Origin: Candidatus Bathyanammoxibius amoris
Lineage (GTDB): Bacteria; Planctomycetota; Brocadiia; Brocadiales; Bathyanammoxibiaceae
Direction of reading: 5' to 3'
DNA length: 64,000 bases
NCBI GenBank assembly: GCA_024451685.1
Contig: JAMXCW010000002.1
Span: forward strand, 109,541 to 173,540
The notes beneath the pieces are model-generated. The model did no database searches and had not been told where the DNA came from. It saw only the letters and a program-made list of their open reading frames with translations. A program made the translations under genes and the position numbers. Within the stretch, counting starts at the first letter, position 1. Each line of letters opens with the position of its first letter. Positions 1 to 9,139 of this stretch are shown here, in pieces.

Positions 1-418
1 GAACTACAGCCAGGGCGACCGGAGAGAGATACAGCGTAAGCCTGTTAAGCGACGCCGCAAATACCACGAACCCCAGCACGCAGGCCAGCGTAAACACCCA
101 GAGCGTCGAACGTCCCAGCTCCGTCTGCAGGACGGTCCATTTCCTGGTCCTTGGGTTTGTGGCGTCGTAGCGAAAGTCCGCCAGCCTGTTAAAGCCCATG
201 GCGCAGCTCCTTGCCATCACCAGGGCCCCAAGTATAAGCAGGAGCGGCTTCAGCGCAGGCATGCCCCCGGCCGCAAGAAACGCGCTCATCACCGCAAAGG
301 GTACGGAAAATATTGTGTGGGGAAATTTGATAAGCTCAAGAAGACTAAGGGCCTTCTCATAGAACCCCGGCCCCCTCACTCCTCCTGAATACACCCTCTT
401 GTCCTCTCCCGGGCCCAT
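1..418 (-). CDS. UbiA-family aromatic prenyltransferase (N-terminal part; gene runs off the window start)
   Basis: My own translation of the minus strand from ATG at 418-416 gives MGPGEDKRVYSGGVRGPGFYEKALSLLELIKFPHTIFSVPFAVMSAFLAAGGMPALKPLLLILGALVMARSCAMGFNRLADFRYDATNPRTRKW... The FPHTIF, NRxxDxxxD and NPRT motifs are typical of the 4-hydroxybenzoate/menaquinone polyprenyltransferase family. The ORF is absent from the track because it is open at the window edge. Confidence 0.65.
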   Translation of the reverse strand, partial: MGPGEDKRVYSGGVRGPGFYEKALSLLELIKFPHTIFSVPFAVMSAFLAAGGMPALKPLLLILGALVMARSCAMGFNRLADFRYDATNPRTRKWTVLQTELGRSTLWVFTLACVLGFVVFAASLNRLTLYLSPVALAVV

Positions 419-439
419 ATCTCGAGACTCCCCGGTGTA

Positions 440-2239
440 TTATGAGCTATGTTCTGCTTTAACAGAAGTCGCCCCAAGTTTTACCTTCATAGCATTAAGC
501 TCTTGCAAGATTTCCCGGGGCAGGCGGTCGCCAAACTGAAGTAAGAACTTTTCTATATCTTCCAGCTCCTGCTGCCAGTCCTGCGGGTGAATCTCGAATA
601 ATTTTTCAAGTCTTCCTTTGGGAATATCTAATCCTTCCAGGTCTAAATCCCTTAAATGCGGGACATATCCCAAAGGTGTTTCTTCAGCTTCAACACGGTT
701 ATTCACCCTGTCCAGTATCCACTTTAATACGCGGACGTTCTCCCCGAATCCGGGCCAGATGAACTCCCCTTCCTCGTCCACCCTGAACCAGTTAACTGAA
801 AATATCTTCGGGGGAGAGGCCAGCTTTTTCCCCATGTCAAGCCAATGCCTGAAGTAATCGCCCATGTGATAACCACAAAAGGGAAGCATGGCCATGGGAT
901 CTCTTCTTACCACACCTATTTGATGAGCGGCGGCGGCGGTAGTCTCAGAACCCGTTCTGGCGCCCGCAAATACACCGTGTTGCCAGTTAAAGCTCTCTGT
1001 CACCAGGGGTATAAGCTGCGACCTTCTTCCTCCCAGGATTATCGCCGAGATGGGAACGCCCATGGGGTTATCCAGCTCCGGCGAGACTGTGGGGCAGTTA
1101 TATATAGATACGGTAAACCTGCAATTGGGGTGTGCGGCAGTTGTCCCCTTTGAACTATCCCAGGGTTTACCCTGCCAATCCAATAGATTCTCCGGCACGG
1201 GACCATCCATCCCTTCCCACCAGGGTTCGTTTGTATCCGCGTTCAGGGCGGTATTTGTATAAAGGGTGGGATAGAATTTATTCGCCTTTAGTGTCCTCAT
1301 CATGTTGGGGTTGCTCTTCATGGAGGTTCCCGGCACCACCCCGAAGAAGCCAGCCTCAGGGTTGATGGCGTAGAGCCTGCCGTCATGACCGACATTTAAC
1401 CAGGAAATGTCATCCCCCACGGTCCATATCTTGTAGCCGGGGAGTGTGGACTCCAGCATGGCCATGTTGGTCTTCCCGCAGGCTGAAGGCATTGCGGCGG
1501 TAACATAGGTAACATTACCCTGGGGGTCCTCGATGCCGATAATCAGCATATGTTCGGCCAGCCATCCTTCTTTCAAGGCCAGGCAGGAGGCCATTCTCAA
1601 GGCAAAACACTTCTTCCCCAGCAGGGCGTTTCCTCCGTAACCGGAGCCAAAGCTCCAGATTAGATTATCCTCGGGGAAATGCATAATAAACCGCCTGTCA
1701 GGGTCGAGGTCTCCCACAGAATGGAGCCCCTTTGCAAAGTCCTGATTGTTTCCAATCTTCTCCACTGCAAGGCTTCCCACCCGGGCCATTATTCTCATAT
1801 TTACGGCTACGTAGCAACTGTCAGTAAGCTGAACGCAAGCCTTTGCGTAAGGTGAGTCGGGGTGCCCCATTGTGTAGGGTATAACATACATAGTCCTTCC
1901 CTGCATACAGCCTCTGGATAATTCGGTAAGGCGGGCCTTCGCCTCTTCGGGCGCCATCCAGTTATTGTTCGGGCCTGCGGCCTCTTTGTCTTTGTGACAG
2001 ACAAAGGTCAGGTGTTCGGTACGTGCTACGTCGGTGGGATGACTGCGATGCAAATAACAGTTTGGATACGTCTCCGGGTTCAGTTCATAAAATACCTGAC
2101 GTCCCCCAAGCTTCTCTTCTTTTATCCCTATCTCAATGAGCCTGTGAGCCTCTTCCTCCGAACCGTTGCACCAGTAAATTTTATCCGGTTTGGTAAGTCC
2201 GGCGATATCTTCAACCCATTTCTCAAGGTGTGTAGGCAC
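440..2239 (-). CDS. pckG: Phosphoenolpyruvate carboxykinase (GTP)
   Basis: The 599-aa ORF has full-length resemblance to GTP-dependent PEPCK. Supporting motifs are FPSACGKTN-like (MPSACGKTNMAM), GDDISWL and FGGRR-type (ILGGRRS). Confidence 0.95.
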   Translation of the reverse strand: MPTHLEKWVEDIAGLTKPDKIYWCNGSEEEAHRLIEIGIKEEKLGGRQVFYELNPETYPNCYLHRSHPTDVARTEHLTFVCHKDKEAAGPNNNWMAPEEAKARLTELSRGCMQGRTMYVIPYTMGHPDSPYAKACVQLTDSCYVAVNMRIMARVGSLAVEKIGNNQDFAKGLHSVGDLDPDRRFIMHFPEDNLIWSFGSGYGGNALLGKKCFALRMASCLALKEGWLAEHMLIIGIEDPQGNVTYVTAAMPSACGKTNMAMLESTLPGYKIWTVGDDISWLNVGHDGRLYAINPEAGFFGVVPGTSMKSNPNMMRTLKANKFYPTLYTNTALNADTNEPWWEGMDGPVPENLLDWQGKPWDSSKGTTAAHPNCRFTVSIYNCPTVSPELDNPMGVPISAIILGGRRSQLIPLVTESFNWQHGVFAGARTGSETTAAAAHQIGVVRRDPMAMLPFCGYHMGDYFRHWLDMGKKLASPPKIFSVNWFRVDEEGEFIWPGFGENVRVLKWILDRVNNRVEAEETPLGYVPHLRDLDLEGLDIPKGRLEKLFEIHPQDWQQELEDIEKFLLQFGDRLPREILQELNAMKVKLGATSVKAEHSS

Positions 2240-2571
2240 AATTTTAGTCCTTTCTCAAATACACTCTACAGGCTACAGGCAAAATTTTGGAAGGCGCATT
2301 GTACCTGCTTCCTGCCCTTTTGGCAAGACAGTTAAGGGCTCAGGGTTCCAGTCACATATTTCCAGACACATATATAGAACTTGACTTAATTAAAAAAACT
2401 GATAAAAACTAAGAAGACACGGAGGAGTCAGTAAATCAGGTTCCTGCCCGCCGCCTCAAGGACAAACCTGTTCTCAGGAAGCCTTTGAATGCGGCTGGAT
2501 CCTGCACCGTCAATATGGGTAATGGTACCTCCCGTTGAAAGCTGGCATCCTGTTATCTGCAATCCGGTACC

Positions 2572-3420
2572 ATGCTTAAAGGTTTTCCATTGGTAAATTA
2601 CTACGAGGTTCTACAGGTAGCCGAAGGGGCCTGTACCGAAGAAATAAAACGCTCGTTCAGGAAGCTGGTCAAGGAATACCATCCCGACAAGAACGGCAAC
2701 AAACCCTGGGCGGAAGCAAAGGTCAAGCAGGTGATTCAGGCCTACAAGATGCTTGGCGATGAGTCCCGCCGAAGCCATTATGACAAGATGTATGGTTTTC
2801 AGAAGGACAACGGCAACGGCAGGGTACTGGAAAAATGGCAGAACACCGCCAATTTTCAGGCGAGGACCATCCTTATTGACCTCCTGGACGGCAGGGGGAA
2901 ACAGGCGCTTGAGAACTATGCGCACCTGAAGAAGGAAGAGGATAACTCCGACCCCCTGTCTTATTACTCCTTCAAGGACTTCGTAGACTGCACATTTCTC
3001 CTTGGCGAAGAGTGTGAGAAACAGAAGAGGTACGCCGAGGCCCTTGAGTTCTATGAGGACGCATACCTGCGCCTGGAACGGGGAACGAAGAGGACGTATC
3101 TGATTGACGAACTCAAAGACCGTATCCAGAAGATATACTGCCGGCGTCTGGCCAGGCGCGCCGGTTCGAAAGAGGCAATCGCCTACTACGAAAAGGCGCT
3201 GGAGCTGAAGCTCGACAGGAGCGAGTCCGCCCATATGTACAAGAAGATGGCCGAATGTTACCTGAAGCTGGGGGATTATTATTCCGCCGTGATGCATCTG
3301 AATCTGGCACTTTCACTGAAGCCCAACCTGAGGGGCGTGCAAAGGGTCTGCGATAAGCTTGCCCCGCATATTCCTTTGAACGGACTCGCCTCAAAACACA
3401 CCGCAAGTGAAAAGAGATGA
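2572..3420 (+). CDS. J-domain (DnaJ-like) protein with TPR-like C-terminal region
   Basis: The N-terminus YYEVLQVAEGACTEEIKRSFRKLVKEYHPDKN is a canonical J domain with an HPD motif. The C-terminal half has TPR-like AxxYYxKALEL repeats. Confidence 0.8.
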   Translation: MLKGFPLVNYYEVLQVAEGACTEEIKRSFRKLVKEYHPDKNGNKPWAEAKVKQVIQAYKMLGDESRRSHYDKMYGFQKDNGNGRVLEKWQNTANFQARTILIDLLDGRGKQALENYAHLKKEEDNSDPLSYYSFKDFVDCTFLLGEECEKQKRYAEALEFYEDAYLRLERGTKRTYLIDELKDRIQKIYCRRLARRAGSKEAIAYYEKALELKLDRSESAHMYKKMAECYLKLGDYYSAVMHLNLALSLKPNLRGVQRVCDKLAPHIPLNGLASKHTASEKR

Positions 3421-4330
3421 CACCGTCATCCTGGAGACGTCTCTTCCCGGCCTGACCCTCTTCAAAAAGGGAAAGGTCAGAGACGTGTACGAACTCAACG
3501 GCAACCTGCTCTTCATTGCCACCGACAGGGTCTCAGTCTTCGACGTGGTAATCCCCACCGGCATCCCTTATAAAGGACGGGTGCTGACGGCCCTCTCCGA
3601 GTTCTGGTTCAATAAACTCGCGCACATAACACCGTCCCATTTCATCACCTCCGACATTAAAGAGATGGGCCGGGGACTTGAACTCTTCGGCGATGTCCTG
3701 GGGCGAACGGTGAGCGACGTCCTCGAGGGCAGGAGCATGCTGGTCGAAAAAACACAACCCCTGCCCGTTGAGTGCGTGGTCAGGGGGTATCTCGCCGGCT
3801 CCGGCCTCAAGGAATACCGGGAGACGGGACGCATCCAGGACATAGAACTCCCCGCCGGACTCAGAGAATCAGAAAAACTGTCAGAACCCATCTTTACCCC
3901 CGCCACCAAGGCCGAGACCGGCCACGACGAGAATATACCCGTCTCCCGGATGGAAGACATAGTGGGCATCGATGTAACACGTGAGGCCATTGACAAGAGC
4001 ATGGAAATATTCGTTGCGGGCAGCGAGTACGCGCTTGAGCGGGGAATAATCCTCGCCGACGCCAAGTTCGAATGGGGATTTTTGAACGACAGACTCATAC
4101 TGATAGACGAGGTGTTCACCCCCGACTCGTCCCGGTTCTGGCCCCTTGAGGGCTACAGCCCGGGCCGCCCCCAGCCCTCGTTTGACAAGCAGTACGTCAG
4201 GGATTTTTTGGAATCCACCGACTGGGACAAGACCCCGCCCGCGCCGCCCCTTCCTGATGAGATAGTGAAAAAGACCACCGAGAAATATTTAGAGGCCTAC
4301 ACCCGCCTCACCGGCAAATCCATGTCGTAG
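3407..4330 (+). CDS. purC: Phosphoribosylaminoimidazole-succinocarboxamide (SAICAR) synthase
   Basis: The 307-aa ORF carries the GKVRDVY and LLFIATDRVSVFD motifs of long-form PurC. It overlaps the upstream gene by 14 nt. Confidence 0.93.
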   Translation: MKRDDTVILETSLPGLTLFKKGKVRDVYELNGNLLFIATDRVSVFDVVIPTGIPYKGRVLTALSEFWFNKLAHITPSHFITSDIKEMGRGLELFGDVLGRTVSDVLEGRSMLVEKTQPLPVECVVRGYLAGSGLKEYRETGRIQDIELPAGLRESEKLSEPIFTPATKAETGHDENIPVSRMEDIVGIDVTREAIDKSMEIFVAGSEYALERGIILADAKFEWGFLNDRLILIDEVFTPDSSRFWPLEGYSPGRPQPSFDKQYVRDFLESTDWDKTPPAPPLPDEIVKKTTEKYLEAYTRLTGKSMS

Positions 4331-4390
4331 TCTGTCTTTCCCGGTAGACGGCACACAACAACCTTTACGGTCGTTGATTTACTGCTCTGT

Positions 4391-4672
4391 CAACGAAGTA
4401 AAATGCGCCAGAGGCGAATCTGCCTTTGGCACGGCTTCGTTGTCTACCTTCCGTAAAAAATTCCCTCCCCCTTGAGGGGGGAGGCCAGGTGGGGGTGAAT
4501 GCCACCCTCCCTTGAGGACAGCCCCTGTGGCTGTCCGCACGGGTTTATATTGTAGCTGCTCGATTCATCGAGCCGAAGGCAAAAAAGCCCCATAAATGGG
4601 GCAGCTACAGGGCAGGCGCAAGACCTGCCCCTACAGCACACGATTTGTACGCAGGGTGCGTCTGAACACACC
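4391..4672. repeat. Intergenic array of stacked hairpins (hairpin-cassette repeat region)
   Basis: Hairpins read directly from the sequence: caacgaag...cttcgttg (4391-4442, with a nested gccagaggc/gcctttggc stem); cctccccc-ttga-gggggagg; ggacagcc-cctgt-ggctgtcc; and tgtagctg[ctcga-ttca-tcgag][gcccc-ataaat-ggggc]cagctaca. The region lies downstream of purC and may also act as a terminator. Confidence 0.55.
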
Positions 4673-4721
4673 CTGACGCTATGGGTTATACAATCATATA
4701 ACCTATAAATAAATAAAAATC

Positions 4722-4750
4722 TTGCCCTCAGAAAATAACAAGATTAGAAT
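4722..4750 (+). promoter_or_regulatory. Putative sigma70-type promoter for the NfeD protease gene
   Basis: TTGCCC (4722-4727), a 17-nt spacer, then TAGAAT (4745-4750), about 50 nt upstream of the ATG at 4800. This is pattern match only. Confidence 0.3.
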
Positions 4751-4799
4751 ACTTTTAAAGGAAAGGCTTTAAATATAGGGCGAAGAATATACAGCACTT

Positions 4800-6272
4800 A
4801 TGAGAAAAAATCCGGCCTGTCTACTATCGTTCTTACTAACATCCCTCTTGCTGTGTTCGCACTTCATAACCGCGCAGGAGGAGGCTCCACGGGAGGCAAA
4901 GGTTTTCGTAATCGCCCTTGAGGGCATGATTGACGGGGGTCTCTACAGCTCCGTCGAGAGGCGGACAAAAATCGCCCTGGAAGAAAACCCATCGCTCATA
5001 ATATTCGAGATAGACACGTACGGCGGGCGGCTCGAACCCGCCTTTGAGATATCCGAGCATATCGCGGACATCCCGGAGGAGACAAAGACCGTGGCCTATA
5101 TACCCAAGAAGGCCATCTCCGCCGGCGCCCTCATAGCCGTCTCCTGCAACGAAATAGTGATGGGACCCCACGCCGAACTGGGCGATTGTGAACCGATTAT
5201 CCCCTCGGCCGAGGGCGGTTACAAGACCGTGGGCGAAAAGATTCAGACCGTCCTGCGGACAAAATTCCGCAAGTTCGCCGAGAAGAACGGCTACCCCGTC
5301 AAGCTGGCCGAGGCCATGGTAACCAGCGAACTGGAAGTCTACCGTATAATCACCGAAGATGCGCCCGAAGGCCGGTTCGTCACCACCAGAGAACTAAAGG
5401 AGATGACCGAAGAGGAAACGAAGCAGATAAAATCCAAGAAACTCATCATAGAGAAGGGCAAACTGCTCACCATGCATTCCATCGAGGCCAAGGACTACGG
5501 CTTCGCAAAATTTATAGTAAAAAACCGCGACGATCTGTTTGAGCAGTACGGCATAAAGCCGGAGCAGGCGGAAGGCCTTGAGGTCAACTGGTCTGAGGAC
5601 ATGGTGCGCTTTCTGGACAGTATCGCCCCCGTACTACTGGGCGTGGGGCTTGTGGCCATGTGGATGGAGATGAAATCGCCGGGCGTCGGGCTGCCTGGAC
5701 TGGTAGGGGTACTCTGTTTCGCGACCGTGTTCCTGAGCAAGTACATGGTGGGGCTGGCAGAGGTGCCGGAGATGATTATATTTATGCTGGGCATCATGCT
5801 CCTGGGCGTAGAGGTACTCGTGCTTCCGGGTTTCGGGCTTTTCGGTGTTGCGGGCATCCTCACCATGATGCTTGGGCTGGTGCTGGCGTTTCAGGATTTC
5901 CTGGTGCCCCAGACTCCTTACAATTATGAGGAACTGCGCGTAAACCTGCTCCAGATACTGGCCAGCATGATAGGAAGCATAGCGGTCATGGCGATACTGG
6001 TCAGATACCTGCCGGACATGCCGCTCTTTGGCCGGCTGATACTCAGGACCTCTGAGGAGGCCGCACTTGGCTTTGAGACGGTACCGGTGGCCTCCAAGGA
6101 AGACCTTGTAGGCAAGAGAGGCTATGCTATTAGCACACTCAGGCCGTCGGGCAGGGCGGATATTGACGGGGACGTTCTGGACGTCGTCACGCAGGGCGAA
6201 TTCATCGAGGCCGACCGGATGATAGAGGTGGTGGAGATCCAGGGCAACAGGATCGTGGTAAAACCAATATGA
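4800..6272 (+). CDS. NfeD-family membrane-bound serine protease (ClpP class), long form
   Basis: The 490-aa ORF has a signal peptide, an N-terminal ClpP/crotonase-like domain (ISAGALIA), a central block of about 5 TM helices and a C-terminal NfeD OB-fold (GRADIDGDVLDVVTQGEFIE...VVEIQGNRIVVKPI). The architecture matches YqeZ/STOPP-type proteins. Confidence 0.85.
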   Translation: MRKNPACLLSFLLTSLLLCSHFITAQEEAPREAKVFVIALEGMIDGGLYSSVERRTKIALEENPSLIIFEIDTYGGRLEPAFEISEHIADIPEETKTVAYIPKKAISAGALIAVSCNEIVMGPHAELGDCEPIIPSAEGGYKTVGEKIQTVLRTKFRKFAEKNGYPVKLAEAMVTSELEVYRIITEDAPEGRFVTTRELKEMTEEETKQIKSKKLIIEKGKLLTMHSIEAKDYGFAKFIVKNRDDLFEQYGIKPEQAEGLEVNWSEDMVRFLDSIAPVLLGVGLVAMWMEMKSPGVGLPGLVGVLCFATVFLSKYMVGLAEVPEMIIFMLGIMLLGVEVLVLPGFGLFGVAGILTMMLGLVLAFQDFLVPQTPYNYEELRVNLLQILASMIGSIAVMAILVRYLPDMPLFGRLILRTSEEAALGFETVPVASKEDLVGKRGYAISTLRPSGRADIDGDVLDVVTQGEFIEADRMIEVVEIQGNRIVVKPI

Positions 6273-6942
6273 ACGGTGCCTGTATTGAGCGTTTCCATCT
6301 CTTAACCTCCTTGATAAACGTGGCTAAAGAACAGCCTTTCCCGGCTTAAGCTAAGAGGATTACAACTGGTTTTCGTTGTTCTTCCATTTAACGCTTTTAT
6401 ACTTTGAAGAACAAAAAATTGTGATATACTTCGTATGGTAAAAACCGAGGAAGAAAGAGAAATACTTCGCTCGTACTGACAATTACAAAAAGGGGTGCTG
6501 ATACATGAAAACCTTCTTCAAAGGAATTTCGTCCTCCATTGTCACCTTTGCAGTAGCAGTTCCAAAACACATTAAAAACCTATTCCGAAAAAAACGCCCG
6601 GAAAAAAAAGAACCACAAGGGACACAACCACAACCCACACCTAAACCTTAAAGAAGACAACAACGACGACACAATAAATACAGCCACAGCCTGAACAGCA
6701 AGAACAATCCACAGAGAGCGAAGGGGCAGATAAGTCGAGGCCGTTAAGGCTTTTCTTTCTCTTTCTGTTATATAGTTTCTTCAGTTGTAAAAAGGCCTCG
6801 AGGCGTTCTTGCATAGTATCCGTCAAATACCGTTTTCATCAACAAACCCCACCTCTTGCCAACACAACCAACATCTGTTAAACTTATGTCAGAAAGACAA
6901 ATATAAGCATAACAACCATTTACAAAGACACCCCTTAACAGT

Positions 6943-7395
6943 ATGAGTCAGACTGAATTAATCATTTTATTTACGATAGGTCTTGCGGCCGTATTTGCAG
7001 AGATACTTATTCCTGGTATGATTGTGGGTATCTGCGGGGCCATCTGCATGCTGGCGAGCATCTACTGGGCCTATCAGGCGGGCGCGACCAACCTGGGACA
7101 TATTATGGTCGGCGTCAGCATAATATCCGTTCCCATTTTTGTCTTGCTATGGTATAGACTGGCCTCAAGGACCTTTGTCGTAACCGCCTCTGAGGCGGAT
7201 TTCAACCCGCCCGGCGAGTTTGGCAGGTTCCTGGGCGAAGAAGGCGTAGCAGTAACAAGCCTGCATCCCACGGGCATCGCCAGCGTAGACGGCAAGAGGG
7301 TAGACGTGGTAACCCGCGGTGAAATGGTCTCAAAGAATACGAGGATTAAGATAATAGACGTACAGGGAAACAGGGTTATAGTTAAATCCATTTAA
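6943..7395 (+). CDS. NfeD-family protein, short form (membrane anchor plus OB-fold)
   Basis: The 150-aa ORF has two or three N-terminal TM helices. Its C-terminal motif GIASVDGKRVDVVTRGEMV...IIDVQGNRVIVKSI is paralogous to the C-terminus of the 4800-6272 protein. Confidence 0.75.
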   Translation: MSQTELIILFTIGLAAVFAEILIPGMIVGICGAICMLASIYWAYQAGATNLGHIMVGVSIISVPIFVLLWYRLASRTFVVTASEADFNPPGEFGRFLGEEGVAVTSLHPTGIASVDGKRVDVVTRGEMVSKNTRIKIIDVQGNRVIVKSI

Positions 7396-7466
7396 CCAAC
7401 GCCTCCCCATGCACTGTTCTAGAGGGCAAAAATGGCAGGGGCGAAAGCCGGTAGGAAGGTAGAATA

Positions 7467-8492
7467 ATGGAACAATTACCTTTTGTGATACCAAAACAAT
7501 TTGCCGTGATAGGAGTGTTGTTTGGCGGGCTGATACTTCTCATCCTGCTCCTTATGTTGTTTAAGTACGGATGGCTGTACATCCAGGCCCTTGCGTCGGG
7601 TGCGCCCGTGTCGCTGATACAATTGGTCGGTATGACCCTCAGGAGGGTTAGAGCGCGGGTGGTGGTGGAGTCGAGGATAATGGCCAAGAAGGCCGGCATT
7701 GAGATAGACACCCAGCTCATTGAGGCCCACTACCTGGCCGGAGGCAACGTGATAAACGTCGTATGCTCGCTGATAGCCGCCAACAAGGCCAATATAGACC
7801 TTACCTTCAAGCAGGCCTGCGCCATTGACCTCGCGGGCCGTGACGTGCTGGAGGCGGTAAGGACAAGCGTCAACCCCAGGGTCATTGACTGCCCCGACCC
7901 CAAAAGGGGGCGGCAGACCATAGACGCCGTGGCCAAGGACGGTATACAGCTCAAGGTGAAGGCCCGCGTAACGGTTCGGGCCCACATGTCCCGGCTGGTC
8001 GGAGGCGCTACGGAAGAGACCGTTATCGCGCGCTGTGGAGAAGGCATCGTATCTACCATCGGCTCGGCGGAGAGCCACAAGAGGGTGCTTGAGAACCCGG
8101 ACCTCATCTCAAAGTCGGTACTGGAAAAGGGGCTCGACGCGGGGACGGCGTTTGAGATACTTTCCATTGATATTGCCGACGTAGATGTTGGAGTGAACAT
8201 AGGCGCAAAGCTTCAGGGGGACCAGGCCGAGGCTGACAAGCGCGTGGCGCAGGCCGAAGCGGAGAAGCGCAGGGCCATGGCCGTGGCACGCGAGCAGGAG
8301 ATGGTGGCACTGGTCTCGGAAAATCGCGCCAAGGTGGTGCTTGCCGAGGCCGAGATACCAAAGGCAATCTCCCAGGCGTTCAGGGAAGGCAACCTGGGGG
8401 TAATGGACTACTATCAACTCAGGAACATACAGGCCGATACTGATATGAGAAAGTCCATCTCAAAGTCTTCGGATGACACGTCTCAGGCGTAA
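7467..8492 (+). CDS. floA: Flotillin-like protein FloA (UPF0365/YqfA family)
   Basis: The 341-aa ORF is near-colinear with B. subtilis FloA as I remember it. Shared motifs include [57 protein letters not shown] and [11 protein letters not shown]. Confidence 0.92.
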   Translation: MEQLPFVIPKQFAVIGVLFGGLILLILLLMLFKYGWLYIQALASGAPVSLIQLVGMTLRRVRARVVVESRIMAKKAGIEIDTQLIEAHYLAGGNVINVVCSLIAANKANIDLTFKQACAIDLAGRDVLEAVRTSVNPRVIDCPDPKRGRQTIDAVAKDGIQLKVKARVTVRAHMSRLVGGATEETVIARCGEGIVSTIGSAESHKRVLENPDLISKSVLEKGLDAGTAFEILSIDIADVDVGVNIGAKLQGDQAEADKRVAQAEAEKRRAMAVAREQEMVALVSENRAKVVLAEAEIPKAISQAFREGNLGVMDYYQLRNIQADTDMRKSISKSSDDTSQA

Positions 8493-8506
8493 GGGGTTTT
8501 TCTCAG

Positions 8507-8977
8507 ATGGAAAGAGGCATAGACCTTATTATTTGGGCCGTATTGCTGTTGCTCCTCTTCGGGGCAAACCTGATAAAGACGTTCCTCAAATGGCGTGCGG
8601 GACAGCGTAAAGAGGCCAGGAAGCCTGTGGCGGACAGGGAACGCCACACCTTCATGGAGGAGTTGAAAAAAACCCTCAAAAAGATGATGCCTCAACAGGA
8701 AGGGCCTGAAATAATCGTCGAGGAAGCACCGCCCGAATGGGAGGAAGAATACGTCGAGGGGGAGGCGGTACCGCCTTACCCACCCGTGCCCAAGTCACCT
8801 GTTAAAGACGAAGGAAGGGTAACACTGACACCTCTGGACACGGTGCTGTCGTTTAGGGAGAGAAAAAAGGTTTCGCTCTCAGAGATGCTCCCGAAGGACA
8901 AGTTGCAGAGGGCCATCGTGATGAGCGAGATACTCGGACCTCCAAGGGCTAAGAGAAGGACGCACCGCCTCTTCTAA
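8507..8977 (+). CDS. Hypothetical membrane-anchored charged protein (third gene of the floA module)
   Basis: The 156-aa ORF starts 15 nt after floA. It has an N-terminal TM helix followed by a K/E/P-rich region. I recognise no family. Confidence 0.5.
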   Translation: MERGIDLIIWAVLLLLLFGANLIKTFLKWRAGQRKEARKPVADRERHTFMEELKKTLKKMMPQQEGPEIIVEEAPPEWEEEYVEGEAVPPYPPVPKSPVKDEGRVTLTPLDTVLSFRERKKVSLSEMLPKDKLQRAIVMSEILGPPRAKRRTHRLF

Positions 8978-9033
8978 CATATTTTGACATAAGCGACCCT
9001 GGATGCTATCCTGTTATCCATCACTCGAAACGT

Positions 9034-9120
9034 GCCAGAGTGGTGGAACTGGAAGACGCGCTGGACTCAAAATCCAGTGGGCGCAAGCCCGTGTGGGTTC
9101 GACTCCCACCTCTGGCACCA
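9034..9120 (+). tRNA. tRNA-Leu (anticodon CAA), type II with long variable arm, CCA encoded
   Basis: The acceptor stem is GCCAGAG/CTCTGGC. The anticodon stem-loop is CTGGA-CTCAAAA-TCCAG. The variable arm is TGGGCGCAAGCCCGT, the T arm is GTGGG-TTCGACT-CCCAC, and the 3' end is ACCA. Confidence 0.9.
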
Positions 9121-9139
9121 TCTTAATTATCCCATAAAT

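Noticed and set aside
4444-4671. A 75-aa minus-strand ORF in the purC to nfeD intergenic region.
   Set aside because: It reads straight through the stacked palindromic hairpins. Its open frame is a by-product of the GC-rich repeats, not a gene.
7476-8200. Minus-strand ORFs of 200 and 156 aa overlapping floA.
   Set aside because: They are antisense to a FloA that aligns end to end with the B. subtilis protein as I remember it. Their sequences are low-complexity.
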